Counted from the stretch's first letter, positions 38,338 through 48,531 are shown. The stretch: DNA of 64,000 bases from Alphaproteobacteria bacterium (GCA_964291675.2 OZ219865.1:352001-416000); one strand, 5' to 3'. The notes: generated by a model not told the origin, from the sequence alone. A program made the numbers and translations.

Positions 38338-40677
38338 ATGGGTGCCAAGGCGATGGGCGCCCGGGTCAAACGCATGGAGGACCCGGCGCTTCTGACCGGC
38401 CGCGCGACCTTCACCGACGACATCCACCTGCCGGGCATGCTGGAGGCGGCTTTCGTCCGCTCGGCCCAGGCGCATGCGCGCATCCGCGCGATCGACAAGG
38501 CGGCGGCCGAGGCGATGCCGGGCGTCTTCCACGTGGTGACGGCGGCCGACCTGCCACCCGGGCTGCGCCAGGTCCGGGTGCCGTTCCAGGTGCCCAACCC
38601 GGCGATCACCCAGCCCTTCCAGCAGCGCCTGCTGGAAGACGAGGAGGTGTGCTTCGTCGGCGAGGCGATCGCCATGGTGCTCGCCGAGACCCGCTACCAG
38701 GCGGAGGACGCCGCCGCCGCGGTCGAAATCGACTACGAGGTGCTGCCCGCCGCGTCGAACTGCCGGGACGCGCTGGCCGACGGCGCGCCGCCCTGCCACG
38801 CCGACAGCGGGAACAACCTCTGCGCCGAGTTCAAGCTGGGCTATGGCGACGCCGCCGGCGCCTTCGCCGATGCCGAGCACGTCTTCGCGGCCTCGCTGTG
38901 GAGCCACCGGGGCGCCGGGCTCGCGGTGGAGAACCGGGCCGTGGTCGCCGAGCCCGACGCCTTGCGCGACGTGGTCACGCTGTGGTCGGCCACCCAGTCC
39001 CCCTTCCTGGTCAAGCAGAACGTGGTCGACATGCTGGACTGGCCGGCCGACCGGCTGCGCGTGATCGCGCCCGAGGTGGGCGGCGGGTTCGGCCCCAAGA
39101 CGGTCTACTATGTCGAGGAGGCGCTGATCCCGCTCTGCGCGATGACCTTCGACCGGCCGATCAAGTGGGTCGAGGACCGGCGCGAGAACTTCGTCGCCAC
39201 CAACCAGGAGCGCGACCAGTACTGGGACATGGCGCTTGCCTGCGACGGGGACGGAAAGATCCTCGCGGTGCGCGGCACGATGATCCACGACACCGGCGCC
39301 TACATGCCGTGGGGGATCATCAGCCCCTACATCTCCGCGACCACGGTGCCCGGCCCCTATGTCGTGCCCGCTTACGAGCTGACCACCCGCGTCGCGCTGA
39401 CCAACAAGGTCGCGGTGACCCCGGTGCGCGGCGCCGGGCGGCCGCAGGCGGTGTTCGCGATGGAGCGCCTGCTCGACCGCGCGGCGGACGGGCTGGGCAT
39501 CGACCGGGCGGAGATCCGGCGCCGCAACTTCATCCCGACGGACGCGATGCCGTACTCCTTCGGGCTGATCTTCCGCGACGGCAAGCCGATGACCTATGAC
39601 AGCGGCGACTACCCGCGCTGCCAGGCGGAGGCGCTGGCGCTCGCCGATTACGACGGCTTCCCGGGGCGGCGAGATAAGGCCGAGGCCGAAGGCCGCCATG
39701 TCGGGATCGGCATCGCCAACTTCGTCGAGGGCACCGGGCTCGGGCCGTTCGAGGGCGCGACGGTGCGGGTGCACGCGAACGGCAGGATCACCGTCTATAC
39801 CGGGGGCGGCGATTCCGGCCAGGGGCACTGGACGACGCTCGCCCAGCTCTGCGCCGAGCCGCTCGGCGTCGATCCGGCGGACGTCGCCGTCGAGGTCGGC
39901 GATACCGGCAAGATCGCCAACGGCATCGGCACCTTCGCGAGCCGGATCGCGGTGAATGCCGGCAACTCGGTCCATCTCGCCGCGACCTCGGTGCGCGAGA
40001 AGGCGATCAGGATCGCCTCGCATCTGCTGGAGGCGGCCGAGGAAGACCTCGACATCGAGGACGGGCGGATCTTCGTCAAGGGGGTGCCCGAGGTGTCGAC
40101 GACCTTGCGCGACGTCGCCCGGGCGGTGCGCGGCATGCCCGGCTTCTCGCTGCCCGGCGGGGTCGAGCCCGGCCTCGAATCGACCGAGTATTTCTCCCCG
40201 CCCCAGGCGGCCTATTGCAACGGCACCGCGGTCGTCGAGGTCGAGGTCGATCCCGATACCGGCCATGTCGAGATCCTGAACTACGCGATGGCGCACGATT
40301 CGGGGAACCTGATCAACCCCTTCATCGTAGACGGCCAGGTGCACGGCGCCTGCGCGCACGGCATCGGCAACACCCTGCTGGAGTGGATGGGCTATGACGG
40401 CGACGCCCAGCCGGTGACGACGAATTTCGCCGACTACCTGCTGCCGGGCGCGCCCGACGTGCCCCGGATCGACGTGGTCCACGTCGAGTCGCCCACCCCC
40501 AACAACCCGCTCGGCGTCAAGGGGGCGGGGGAGGGGGGGACGATCCCCGCGCTCGCCGCCATCGTCGCCGCGGTCGAGGACGCGCTCGGCCCGTTCGGGG
40601 TGGCGCTCGACGACGTGCCGATCATGCCGGGCCGGCTGGCCGCGCTGATCGAGGACGCGAGAGCGCGCGCCGGGTGA
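38338..40677 (+). CDS. Xanthine dehydrogenase-family molybdopterin subunit (CoxL-like, not form I CODH)
   Basis: GGGFGPK, active-site loop PVRGAGR, SGQGH, KGAGEGG. Confidence 0.93.
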   Translation: MGAKAMGARVKRMEDPALLTGRATFTDDIHLPGMLEAAFVRSAQAHARIRAIDKAAAEAMPGVFHVVTAADLPPGLRQVRVPFQVPNPAITQPFQQRLLEDEEVCFVGEAIAMVLAETRYQAEDAAAAVEIDYEVLPAASNCRDALADGAPPCHADSGNNLCAEFKLGYGDAAGAFADAEHVFAASLWSHRGAGLAVENRAVVAEPDALRDVVTLWSATQSPFLVKQNVVDMLDWPADRLRVIAPEVGGGFGPKTVYYVEEALIPLCAMTFDRPIKWVEDRRENFVATNQERDQYWDMALACDGDGKILAVRGTMIHDTGAYMPWGIISPYISATTVPGPYVVPAYELTTRVALTNKVAVTPVRGAGRPQAVFAMERLLDRAADGLGIDRAEIRRRNFIPTDAMPYSFGLIFRDGKPMTYDSGDYPRCQAEALALADYDGFPGRRDKAEAEGRHVGIGIANFVEGTGLGPFEGATVRVHANGRITVYTGGGDSGQGHWTTLAQLCAEPLGVDPADVAVEVGDTGKIANGIGTFASRIAVNAGNSVHLAATSVREKAIRIASHLLEAAEEDLDIEDGRIFVKGVPEVSTTLRDVARAVRGMPGFSLPGGVEPGLESTEYFSPPQAAYCNGTAVVEVEVDPDTGHVEILNYAMAHDSGNLINPFIVDGQVHGACAHGIGNTLLEWMGYDGDAQPVTTNFADYLLPGAPDVPRIDVVHVESPTPNNPLGVKGAGEGGTIPALAAIVAAVEDALGPFGVALDDVPIMPGRLAALIEDARARAG

Positions 40678-41894
40678 GCGGGGCGCGCCCTCTCGCCGGC
40701 GTTCGCGTCCTCGACCTGACGCAGTTCCTCGCCGGTCCCTTCGCGACCCAGATCCTCGGCGATCTCGGCGCCGAGGTGATCAAGCTCGAATCGCCCTCGG
40801 GCGACTGGTCGCGCAGCCTGCCGCCGCATTTCGTCGGCCCCGACAGCGCCTACTATCTCAGCGTTAACCGCAACAAGAGGAGCGTGGTCGCCGACATGAA
40901 GTCGGCCGAGGGGCTGGCGCTGGTCAAGCGGCTGGCCGGCGCCTCGGACATCGTGATGGAGAATTTCCGCCCCGGCGTGCTGGCCCGGCTGGGGCTGGTC
41001 TACGAAGAGCTCGCGGCCGGGCATGCGGGGCTGATCTGGTGCTCGATCAGCGGCTTCGGCCAGGACGGCCCGGACCGTGACCGCCCGGCCTACGACATGA
41101 TCGTCCAGGCGCTGTCGGGCGGGATGAGCATGACCGGCGTGCCCGGCGAGCCCGCGGTCCGGGCGGGTATCCCGATCGGCGACCTCTGCGCCGGCATGTA
41201 CGGCGCCATCGGCGTGCTCGCCGCGCTGGAGGAGAGGCGGCGCACCGGCAAGGGCCGGCTGGTCGACGTGGCCATGCTCGACTGCCAGGTGGCGATGCTG
41301 TGCTACCAGGCGGCCTATTTCCTGCATTCCGGCGTCGAACCGGGCCGCCAGGGGCGCGGCCACGCCTCGATCCCGACCTACCGCTCCTTCGATGCCGGCA
41401 ACGGCAGCGAGCTGGTGATCACCGCCAACACCGAGCGCATGTGGCGGGCGCTCTGCGGCGTGCTCGGCCTGCAAGGGCTGGTCGACGATCGGCGCTTCGC
41501 GACCAATGACGACCGCTACGCCAACCGCTTCGAGCTGTGGCCGCTGCTCGAGGCGGCGTTCCGCGAGAGGGACGCCGACGACTGGGTGCCGCTGCTGCTG
41601 GAGGCCGGCATACCGGTCGGCCGGGTCAACACGCTGGGGGCGGCGCTGTCGAACCCGCAGATCGGGCACCGCGACATGGTGCTCGATCTCGCCGCGCGCG
41701 ACGGGCGCCGGGTGCGGGTCGCCGGCAACCCGATCAAGTTCGCCGACGGCGCGCCGCCGGACGCCGCCTTCCCGCCGCTGCTCGGCGAGGATACCCGGGC
41801 GGTGCTCGCCGGCGTGCTCGGGCTGAGCGGCGCGGAGATCGAGGCGGCGCTGGCGGCGGGCATCGTCAGCGAACCGGAGGAGGGAACGACATGA
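40674..41894 (+). CDS. CaiB/BaiF family III CoA-transferase
   Basis: PLAGVRVLDLT, NRNKRS, ENFRPG, AYDMIVQA. Confidence 0.94.
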   Translation: MSGARPLAGVRVLDLTQFLAGPFATQILGDLGAEVIKLESPSGDWSRSLPPHFVGPDSAYYLSVNRNKRSVVADMKSAEGLALVKRLAGASDIVMENFRPGVLARLGLVYEELAAGHAGLIWCSISGFGQDGPDRDRPAYDMIVQALSGGMSMTGVPGEPAVRAGIPIGDLCAGMYGAIGVLAALEERRRTGKGRLVDVAMLDCQVAMLCYQAAYFLHSGVEPGRQGRGHASIPTYRSFDAGNGSELVITANTERMWRALCGVLGLQGLVDDRRFATNDDRYANRFELWPLLEAAFRERDADDWVPLLLEAGIPVGRVNTLGAALSNPQIGHRDMVLDLAARDGRRVRVAGNPIKFADGAPPDAAFPPLLGEDTRAVLAGVLGLSGAEIEAALAAGIVSEPEEGTT

Positions 41895-42613
41895 CCGGCG
41901 AGACAATCGCCCTGCAACGGGACGGCGAGATCGCCCGCGTGCGGATCGACCGGCCGGACGCCGGCAACACGATGTCGGCCGGGATGATCGCGGAGCTCAC
42001 CCGGCTGCTGAACGAGGCCGGGTCGGACCCTGCGCTGAAGGCCATCGTGCTGACCGGGGCGGGCGAGGATTTCTGTCTCGGGCGCGAGCCCGGTGCCGGC
42101 GGAGCCAGCCGCACCGCGCTGGAGATGCGCGAGTCGCTGACCGGCCCCATCCTCGGCCTCTACGCCGCGGTGCGCGGCGCCGAGATCCCCGTCGTCGCCT
42201 CGGTGCAGGGCCGGGCCGCCGGGTTCGGCTGCGCGACGGCGGCGGTGTGCGATCTCACCATCGCCGCCGCCGACGCCGCGTTCAGCCTGCCCGAGATGAC
42301 GCACGACCTGCCGCCGACGCTCGCGATGTGCGCCCATATCGACCGGACCATGCCGAAGGCGATCGCCTGGCTGGTCTACTCGACGGAGAGCGTCGATGCG
42401 GCGACCGCGCGGACGCTCGGCTTCGTCAGCCACGTCGTCCCGGCGGCATCGCTGGAGCAGGAAACCGAAGCCCTGCTGGCGACGCTCACGGCGCGGCGGC
42501 GCGATGCGCTGATCACCTGCAAGCGCTTCCTCGCCAATGCGCGGCTGATGGAGACCGACAAGGCCGCCGATTACGCCGGCAACGTGCTGTCGGTGATCCT
42601 GTCGTCGCGCTGA
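41891..42613 (+). CDS. Enoyl-CoA hydratase/isomerase family protein
   Basis: LTGAGEDFCLG, PVVASVQGRAAGFG, FSLPEM. Confidence 0.88.
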   Translation: MTGETIALQRDGEIARVRIDRPDAGNTMSAGMIAELTRLLNEAGSDPALKAIVLTGAGEDFCLGREPGAGGASRTALEMRESLTGPILGLYAAVRGAEIPVVASVQGRAAGFGCATAAVCDLTIAAADAAFSLPEMTHDLPPTLAMCAHIDRTMPKAIAWLVYSTESVDAATARTLGFVSHVVPAASLEQETEALLATLTARRRDALITCKRFLANARLMETDKAADYAGNVLSVILSSR

Positions 42614-43737
42614 GCGGTATCGAGCACCCGGTCGAGGATCCAGTTGTCGACCGCGTGAACCCCGGCCTCGCGGTGGCTGAACCGGCCGGGCCGCGCATGC
42701 GGCGAGGCGAGGCCCTGCTGCTGCATCTCGGTCGCGCGGTTGTCCTCGGGGTGCGACGCGTCGGTCCGGGCGATGTAGTCCGCCACGATCGCCGCGAAAT
42801 CGGCCCGCTCGGTCACCGTCTCCGGGAAGCAGAGCCCGGTCAGCACCCGGGTGCGGTCTGCGGCCAACGGACGGAACGACATCCACCACATGCAGTCGAC
42901 CGTGAAGACCAGGAACGAGGCCGGGTAGAGGCCGATGAAATAGGTGCCCTCGGCCGCGCGGCCGTCGAGCGCGGGGATCGGCGGCAGCGTCTCCGCCGCG
43001 CCGAGCCGGGCGGCGATCGATCCCCGGTGCCCGAACCAGGAGCCGGACCAGTGCCCGGACGCCGCGAGCTGTTCCGGCAGCTGGTCGGCCAGCGTGCCGC
43101 GGTGGACGACGGCGACATGGTAGCTCTCGCGCTGGTTCTCCAGGCAGAGCTTCCAGTTGCAGGCCACGTCGTAGGCCCGCCGGTGGACGCAGGTCATGTG
43201 CTCCGCCCGGTGCGAGCGGAGGTATTCGGGAAGATTGCCCAAATGTTCGTCGAGCCCCGCACCTTCGGCTGAGAAGTCGAGAAAGACGAACCCGGCCCAT
43301 TCGGCCAGGCGGAGCGGCACCAGCCCGTACCCGGCGGGGTCGAAATTCTCCGCCCGTTCCATCCCGGCCGCCGCGACAAGTCTGCCGTCGAGCGCGTAGC
43401 TCCAGCCGTGATAGGGGCAGGAGATCGCCTTGGCATTGCCGCTGCCCGAGACCAGCCGGGAGCCGCGATGCCGGCAGGTATTGGCGAAGGCGCGGAGCGC
43501 CCCGTCCGCGCCGCGCAGCACGATCGCCGGCATCCCCGCGAGGTCGACGGTACAATAGTCGCCCGGCCCGGGGATGTCCCCGGCGCGGCAGGCGAGGTTC
43601 CAGTGCACCCGGAATATCCGCTCCCGCTCGCGCGCGTAGAACGCCGGGTCCGTGTAGCAGTCGGGCGGCAGCGTCTCGGCTTCGAGCAAAGGCAGGCGCA
43701 CCTTGGCGTAGCGCGCCGGGTCGAACGGCCCGGTCAA
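42571..43737 (-). CDS. Rieske non-heme iron oxygenase alpha subunit (choline monooxygenase-like)
   Basis: CRHRG...CPYHGW Rieske motif, NWKL..EN..ESYH...VH, ED; TTG start overlapping the upstream stop. Confidence 0.92.
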   Translation of the reverse strand: MTGPFDPARYAKVRLPLLEAETLPPDCYTDPAFYARERERIFRVHWNLACRAGDIPGPGDYCTVDLAGMPAIVLRGADGALRAFANTCRHRGSRLVSGSGNAKAISCPYHGWSYALDGRLVAAAGMERAENFDPAGYGLVPLRLAEWAGFVFLDFSAEGAGLDEHLGNLPEYLRSHRAEHMTCVHRRAYDVACNWKLCLENQRESYHVAVVHRGTLADQLPEQLAASGHWSGSWFGHRGSIAARLGAAETLPPIPALDGRAAEGTYFIGLYPASFLVFTVDCMWWMSFRPLAADRTRVLTGLCFPETVTERADFAAIVADYIARTDASHPEDNRATEMQQQGLASPHARPGRFSHREAGVHAVDNWILDRVLDTAQRDDRITDSTLPA

Positions 43738-44468
43738 TGGATCGCGGCGAAGGCGGGGTCGTCGGCGTCGAAGGCGGGCAGCACGAGTCCCAGCTTCCCT
43801 TCGACGACGGCGCGGGCGCGGCCGACATAGTCCTCGCGCATCGCCTCGTTGGTCCGCTTCTTGATGCCCCATCTGCGGTAGAGCGCGTTGTTGCGCGAGC
43901 CCGAGCGCCCGAAGAAGGGCGGGAACAGGGGGAAGATCCGGTCGACATGGGCCTGGATCAGCGCCTTCCCCTCCTCGGTCTGGCAGATGTCTGTGCAAAA
44001 ATTCTCGCCGAACTCGGCATGGAAGTGCTCTTCCGGCATCGTCATCCGTGCCAGCCTTCGCACCGGGTGGAAAGAGCACTGCACAAGGTCCTCGACCTGA
44101 AGGATTTCCGCGAGGTCGCCCAGCATCTTGATGACGCAGAACTCCTCCCAGGTCTGCAGGTCGAAGCTCATCACCGAGAGCGGGCTCTTCTCGGTCGTCT
44201 CGGGCAGCATGCGCTCCTCGGGGATGCCCATCTCGCGGCCGAGCTCGAAGAAGCGGTAGTGGTGGCCGTACTCCTCCATCACGATCCGGCAGGTCAGCCA
44301 CTTGGCGTAGGGCGTCGGCGCGAGCGCGATCGCCGGTTCGTCGTAGACCCGGGAGCCGTGCAGCTCGTTGATCGCATGGCTGACGACGATCTTGCGGCAG
44401 CACTCCCGGTACTCCTCCGGCGCGCCGCGAAAGGCTTCCACGCTCTCGATCTGCGGAAAATCGCTCAT
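43734..44468 (-). CDS. PaaA/PaaC-like ferritin-fold diiron protein
   Basis: NEL, EEYGH, LAE, EEHFH diiron ligand set; APT and FFGRSGS...WGIKKRTNEAMR resemble PaaA. Confidence 0.82.
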   Translation of the reverse strand: MSDFPQIESVEAFRGAPEEYRECCRKIVVSHAINELHGSRVYDEPAIALAPTPYAKWLTCRIVMEEYGHHYRFFELGREMGIPEERMLPETTEKSPLSVMSFDLQTWEEFCVIKMLGDLAEILQVEDLVQCSFHPVRRLARMTMPEEHFHAEFGENFCTDICQTEEGKALIQAHVDRIFPLFPPFFGRSGSRNNALYRRWGIKKRTNEAMREDYVGRARAVVEGKLGLVLPAFDADDPAFAAIH

Positions 44469-45502
44469 GCCGCCCCCCGGCCCGGCTTCTCGGCCTCAGT
44501 ATAGAACGCATCGGCATGGCAGTCCCGGCGGGCGAGGCCGAGGGCCAGCAGGCGCTCGGTGCAGGTCTCGACCATCGCCGGCGGGCCGGCGAGATAGGCC
44601 TTGAACCCGTCGAGATCGTCGAAATCCGCCGCCAGCGCGTCGGCGAGCCAGCCGGTGCGGCGTCCGGTCGGCCCGTCCGGCTCCGACAGGACGGTGACCG
44701 CGCGCAGATTGGGGTGCCGTGCCGCGAGCGCCTGGAAATGAGCTTCCAGATAGACGTCGCGCTCCGCCCGGGCGCCGAAATAGAGGAACATCTCCTGCCG
44801 GGCGCCGCCGGCGAGCGCGCTGTCGGCGATCGACTTGATCGGGGCGAGGCCGGACCCGCCGGCGACCAGCAGTATCGGCCCGCGGTGGCGCTTGCGGTAA
44901 TGCGCCGTTCCCATCGGACCCGCGACCGCGACCGGATCGCCGGTCCTCAGCGTGTCGAGGACATGGCGGGTGACCAGACCGCCGGGCGCCAGGCGGACGT
45001 GGAATTCGAGCCGCTCGTCGCCGGGTTGCGAGGCCATGGAAAAATCCCGCGGTGGCAGCCCGTCGAAGGCGAGCGCGGCGTATTGCCCGGCGGTGAAGTC
45101 GAACGGCCCGCCGCTCTCGATGTCGAGCGCGAGAATCCGGATGTCGCGCGTCGCGCGTTCGATCGCCGCGACCCGGCAGGCGAGGCGTCGGCTCGCGTGC
45201 ACCGCCTCTTCGTCCGCCCCCACGGGCTCGACCGCGCAGTCCGACCACGGCACCGCGCGGCAGGCGAGGATCAGCCCGCGCCCGCGCTCCTCGTCGTTCA
45301 GCGCGTAAGCCGAATAGGGCGACATCTCGACCTCGCCCGCGGCCAGATGCGACTTGCAGCCGCCGCAATTGCCCGACCGGCAGCCATGCGGATAGTCGAT
45401 CCCAGCTTCCAGCGCGGTCTCGAGGATGGTGCGGCCGGTCGGCACCTCGAACTCCGCCCAGGATTCCCCGCCGGGGTTGTTCAGACTGACGCGATAGGTC
45501 AT
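44465..45502 (-). CDS. 2Fe-2S ferredoxin:FAD/NAD(P)H oxidoreductase (oxygenase reductase)
   Basis: N-terminal CRSGNCGGC...LAC, RDFSMAS, AGGSGLAP, YLAGPPAMV. Confidence 0.93.
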   Translation of the reverse strand: MTYRVSLNNPGGESWAEFEVPTGRTILETALEAGIDYPHGCRSGNCGGCKSHLAAGEVEMSPYSAYALNDEERGRGLILACRAVPWSDCAVEPVGADEEAVHASRRLACRVAAIERATRDIRILALDIESGGPFDFTAGQYAALAFDGLPPRDFSMASQPGDERLEFHVRLAPGGLVTRHVLDTLRTGDPVAVAGPMGTAHYRKRHRGPILLVAGGSGLAPIKSIADSALAGGARQEMFLYFGARAERDVYLEAHFQALAARHPNLRAVTVLSEPDGPTGRRTGWLADALAADFDDLDGFKAYLAGPPAMVETCTERLLALGLARRDCHADAFYTEAEKPGRGAA

Positions 45503-45578
45503 TCCTCCTATATCGAGCCCGGCGGCGGCGATGTCCACCGGCCGGGCCGGCAGACGGAACGCCGACAGGAGGACAGAC

Positions 45579-46577
45579 ATGGAGGGCACCCCGTTTTCAC
45601 TCGCCACATTCGCCGGCGGACCGGCGGGACCGTTCGCGGCGATCGTGTTGGGCGGGACGGCGTTCTCCGTCGCCGGCGTCTATCCCGACTATCGCGACAG
45701 CGCGCGCGGGCGGGCCGGACCGCTGACCGCGACCGGCAGCATCCAGGACATGCTGGAGGGCTGGGACCACAACTTCCCGGTGCTGCAGGAAATCGTCGCC
45801 TTCATCGAGGAGGAGGGGGGTGAGCGCTTCGCTGCCGTCTCGGCCGCCGTCGACGGGCTTCGCGTGCTGCCGCCGGTCCTCCGCCCCGGCAAGATCCTGA
45901 ACGCGGCGCAGAATTTTCAGGAACATGTCGACGAGATGATCCGCGCCGGCAACACGCCCGAGGGCGGGCCGCGCTGGACCGGCGACCGGTCGGCGACGAT
46001 GCCCTATCTGTTTCTCAAGGCGTCCGGCGCGCTGGCCGGCGCCCGTGACGACATCGCCATCCCGCGCGGCATGGAGAAGATCGACTGGGAGGCCGAGATC
46101 GCCTGCGCGGTCTGGAAGCGGGGCAGGCGGATCGGCGCCGACGTCGCGCTCGATCACGTCGCGGGGTGGATGACCGCCAACGACGTCTCCTGCCGCGACC
46201 TCAACATGCGTCCCGACCGCCCGGCGCTGAAATCGGACTGGTTCGGCGGCAAGAGCCACAACGACTTCGCGCCGATGGGGCCGGTGCTGGTGCCCAAGGC
46301 GTTCGTCGCCGACCACATGAACCTGTTCCTCCGCCTCGCGGTGAACGGCGAGATCAAGCAGGACGGCAACACCTCGCAATTCATCTACACGCCGGAGGAG
46401 CAGATCGAATTCGCCTCCGGCATCGCCGAAGTCGAGGTCGGCGACATCTTCGTGTGCGGCACCTGCGGCGGCGTCGGCATGGGGACCGGCACCTTCCTGC
46501 AAGTCGGCGACGTGATGGAGACCGAGGTCGAGGGCCTCGGCAAGATGACCAACCGCCTGGTGGCGGATAGCGGTTGA
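45579..46577 (+). CDS. Fumarylacetoacetate hydrolase family protein
   Basis: PYLFLK, DWEAE, ANDVS.RD, GKSHNDFAPMGP, GT..GVG. Confidence 0.92.
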   Translation: MEGTPFSLATFAGGPAGPFAAIVLGGTAFSVAGVYPDYRDSARGRAGPLTATGSIQDMLEGWDHNFPVLQEIVAFIEEEGGERFAAVSAAVDGLRVLPPVLRPGKILNAAQNFQEHVDEMIRAGNTPEGGPRWTGDRSATMPYLFLKASGALAGARDDIAIPRGMEKIDWEAEIACAVWKRGRRIGADVALDHVAGWMTANDVSCRDLNMRPDRPALKSDWFGGKSHNDFAPMGPVLVPKAFVADHMNLFLRLAVNGEIKQDGNTSQFIYTPEEQIEFASGIAEVEVGDIFVCGTCGGVGMGTGTFLQVGDVMETEVEGLGKMTNRLVADSG

Positions 46578-46587
46578 GCCGCGCCGC

Positions 46588-46776
46588 CTATCGCACGATG
46601 GCGCCGCGGGGAACCATGGAGAGCGGGGAGGCCTCGGCGTTCTGGCCGTCGTACTGCCAGGGAGAGAAGACCTGGTCCGAGAGCAGCACGATCGCCACGA
46701 TCAGAGCGACGACGACGAGAAGCTGCTGGAAGCCGGGGCGATCGCCCCTTGGCGGCGACAGGAATGATTGACGCAT
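46588..46776 (-). CDS. Possible small single-TM protein
   Basis: LLVVVALIVAIVLL hydrophobic stretch with an AT-rich upstream region. Start position uncertain. Confidence 0.35.
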   Translation of the reverse strand: MRQSFLSPPRGDRPGFQQLLVVVALIVAIVLLSDQVFSPWQYDGQNAEASPLSMVPRGAIVR

Positions 46777-46930
46777 TGGCTGCATGCCTCCCCCGATGAA
46801 GATCGCCGGCGTCGGCACGGCAGAGTGAATATCTGCTACTTTCGGTAGAAATACAACATACTTTTGCGTGTGTTGCAGAGATATTTGTCGGCTCGGCCGG
46901 GCCGGGGGCGCGGGCGGACTCCGCTTCGGG

Positions 46931-47173
46931 CTAGCTGAACGCCTTGAAGGTGATCAGCGTGAACGTGTCCTTGACCCCGGGCAGGAGCTGGACCTGCTCG
47001 GTGACGAAGTGGCCGATGTCCTGGTCGTCGGCGAGATAGAACTTCATCAGGAGATCGAACTGGCCTGAAATCGAATGCACCTCCGAGGCCTGCTCGATCT
47101 TTTCGATCGCCTCCGCCGCCACGCCGTAGGCCTGGCCGAGCTCGCACTTGACCATGACGAAAATGGTCTGCAT
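46931..47173 (-). CDS. Lrp/AsnC ligand-binding domain protein
   Basis: 80 aa: VHSISGQFDLLMK...LPGVKDTFT. Confidence 0.88.
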   Translation of the reverse strand: MQTIFVMVKCELGQAYGVAAEAIEKIEQASEVHSISGQFDLLMKFYLADDQDIGHFVTEQVQLLPGVKDTFTLITFKAFS

Positions 47174-48531
47174 CAGCCCGTCTCTCCGGTCCCGCCCGGG
47201 CGCAGCAGGAAGGCGGGCACGTGGCCGCCCATGCCGACCACCGAATCGGCGGGCTCCTTCTTGCCCGGCCTGCGCCGCTCGCGTCTGGGAGGGGCGGCTT
47301 TCGGTTCCGCGACGGCTGCCGCATTCTTCTCGGACTTCGCCTTCGCCTTGCCCTTGGACGAGCGCGGCTTGCGGGTCCGCTTCGCCGCCGGCTTGCCGAG
47401 CTCGCCGCGTTCGAGCCCGGCGACCTCGAACCCGGGTATCTCCTTGCCGATCAACCTGGCGATGGCGGAAACCGCTTCGGCATCCCCCGGAGTCGCGATG
47501 GTGAAGGCGCGGCCCTCCTTGCCGGCCCGGCCGGTGCGTCCGATGCGGTGGATGTAGTCCTCGGGGTTGTAGGGGACGTCGAAGTTGAAGACATGGGACA
47601 GATCGACGATATCCAGCCCGCGCGCGGCGACGTCGCTGGCGACCAGGATGCGTATCTCGTTGTTGCGGAACGCCTCCAGGGTCTGGAGGCGGACCGGCTG
47701 CGCCATGTCGCCGTGCAGCGCGGCGACCGCGAAGCCGTGTTTCCTGAGCGAGCGGTATAGAATGTCGACATCGCGCTTGCGGTTGCAGAAGACGAGCGCG
47801 TTCTGCACGTCCTCGCTCTCGACGATGCGGCGCAGCGCCTTCCGCTTGTCGCCGGCCTCGACCACGGCAAGGCGCTGGATCACCGTCTCCGCCGGGCTCG
47901 CCGGCGGGTCGACGTGGATTTCCCTGGGGTTCATCAGGAAGGCGTCGGCGAGGCGGCGGATCTCCGCCGGCATGGTCGCCGAGAAGAACAGGGTCTGGCG
48001 GATCTTCGGCAACTGTCCGACGATTTTCTCCACGTCGGGGATGAAACCCATGTCGAGCATCCGGTCGGCCTCGTCGATCACCAGGACCTTGATGTCGCTC
48101 AACAGGATGCGGCCGCTCTCGTAATGATCGATCAGCCGGCCCGGCGTGGCGATCAGCACGTCGACGCCGCGGCCCAGCTTCTTCGACTGCTCGTCCATCG
48201 AGACGCCGCCGATCAGCAGCGCCTGGGAGAGCTTGTGGAACTTGCCGTACTCGTCGAAGTTCTTCGAGATCTGCATCGCGAGTTCGCGCGTCGGCGTCAG
48301 GATCAGCGAACGCGGCATGCGCGCCCGGGCCCGCCCGGATGACAGGATCTCGATCATCGGCAGCACGAAGGAGGCGGTCTTGCCGGTCCCCGTCTGGGCG
48401 CAGCCCAGGATGTCGCGACCGGTCAGCGCGGCCGGGATCGATTGGTGTTGTATCGGCGTCGGCGTCTCGTAGCCGACATCCGAAATCGCCCGTAGGACGT
48501 CGGGGCCAAGCCCCAGCTCATCAAAACCCAT
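47173..48531 (-). CDS. DEAD-box RNA helicase
   Basis: AQTGTGKT, PTRELA, DEAD, SAT, HRIGRTGRAG. Confidence 0.97.
   Translation of the reverse strand: MGFDELGLGPDVLRAISDVGYETPTPIQHQSIPAALTGRDILGCAQTGTGKTASFVLPMIEILSSGRARARMPRSLILTPTRELAMQISKNFDEYGKFHKLSQALLIGGVSMDEQSKKLGRGVDVLIATPGRLIDHYESGRILLSDIKVLVIDEADRMLDMGFIPDVEKIVGQLPKIRQTLFFSATMPAEIRRLADAFLMNPREIHVDPPASPAETVIQRLAVVEAGDKRKALRRIVESEDVQNALVFCNRKRDVDILYRSLRKHGFAVAALHGDMAQPVRLQTLEAFRNNEIRILVASDVAARGLDIVDLSHVFNFDVPYNPEDYIHRIGRTGRAGKEGRAFTIATPGDAEAVSAIARLIGKEIPGFEVAGLERGELGKPAAKRTRKPRSSKGKAKAKSEKNAAAVAEPKAAPPRRERRRPGKKEPADSVVGMGGHVPAFLLRPGGTGETG

Noticed and set aside
38338-40677. Aerobic CO dehydrogenase
   Set aside because: Lacks AYxCSFR and has no coxDEFG accessory genes adjacent.
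42571-42613. 43-bp convergent overlap of the crotonase and Rieske genes
   Set aside because: Most simply a stop-codon shift that adds a short tail; such overlaps are common in GC-rich genomes.
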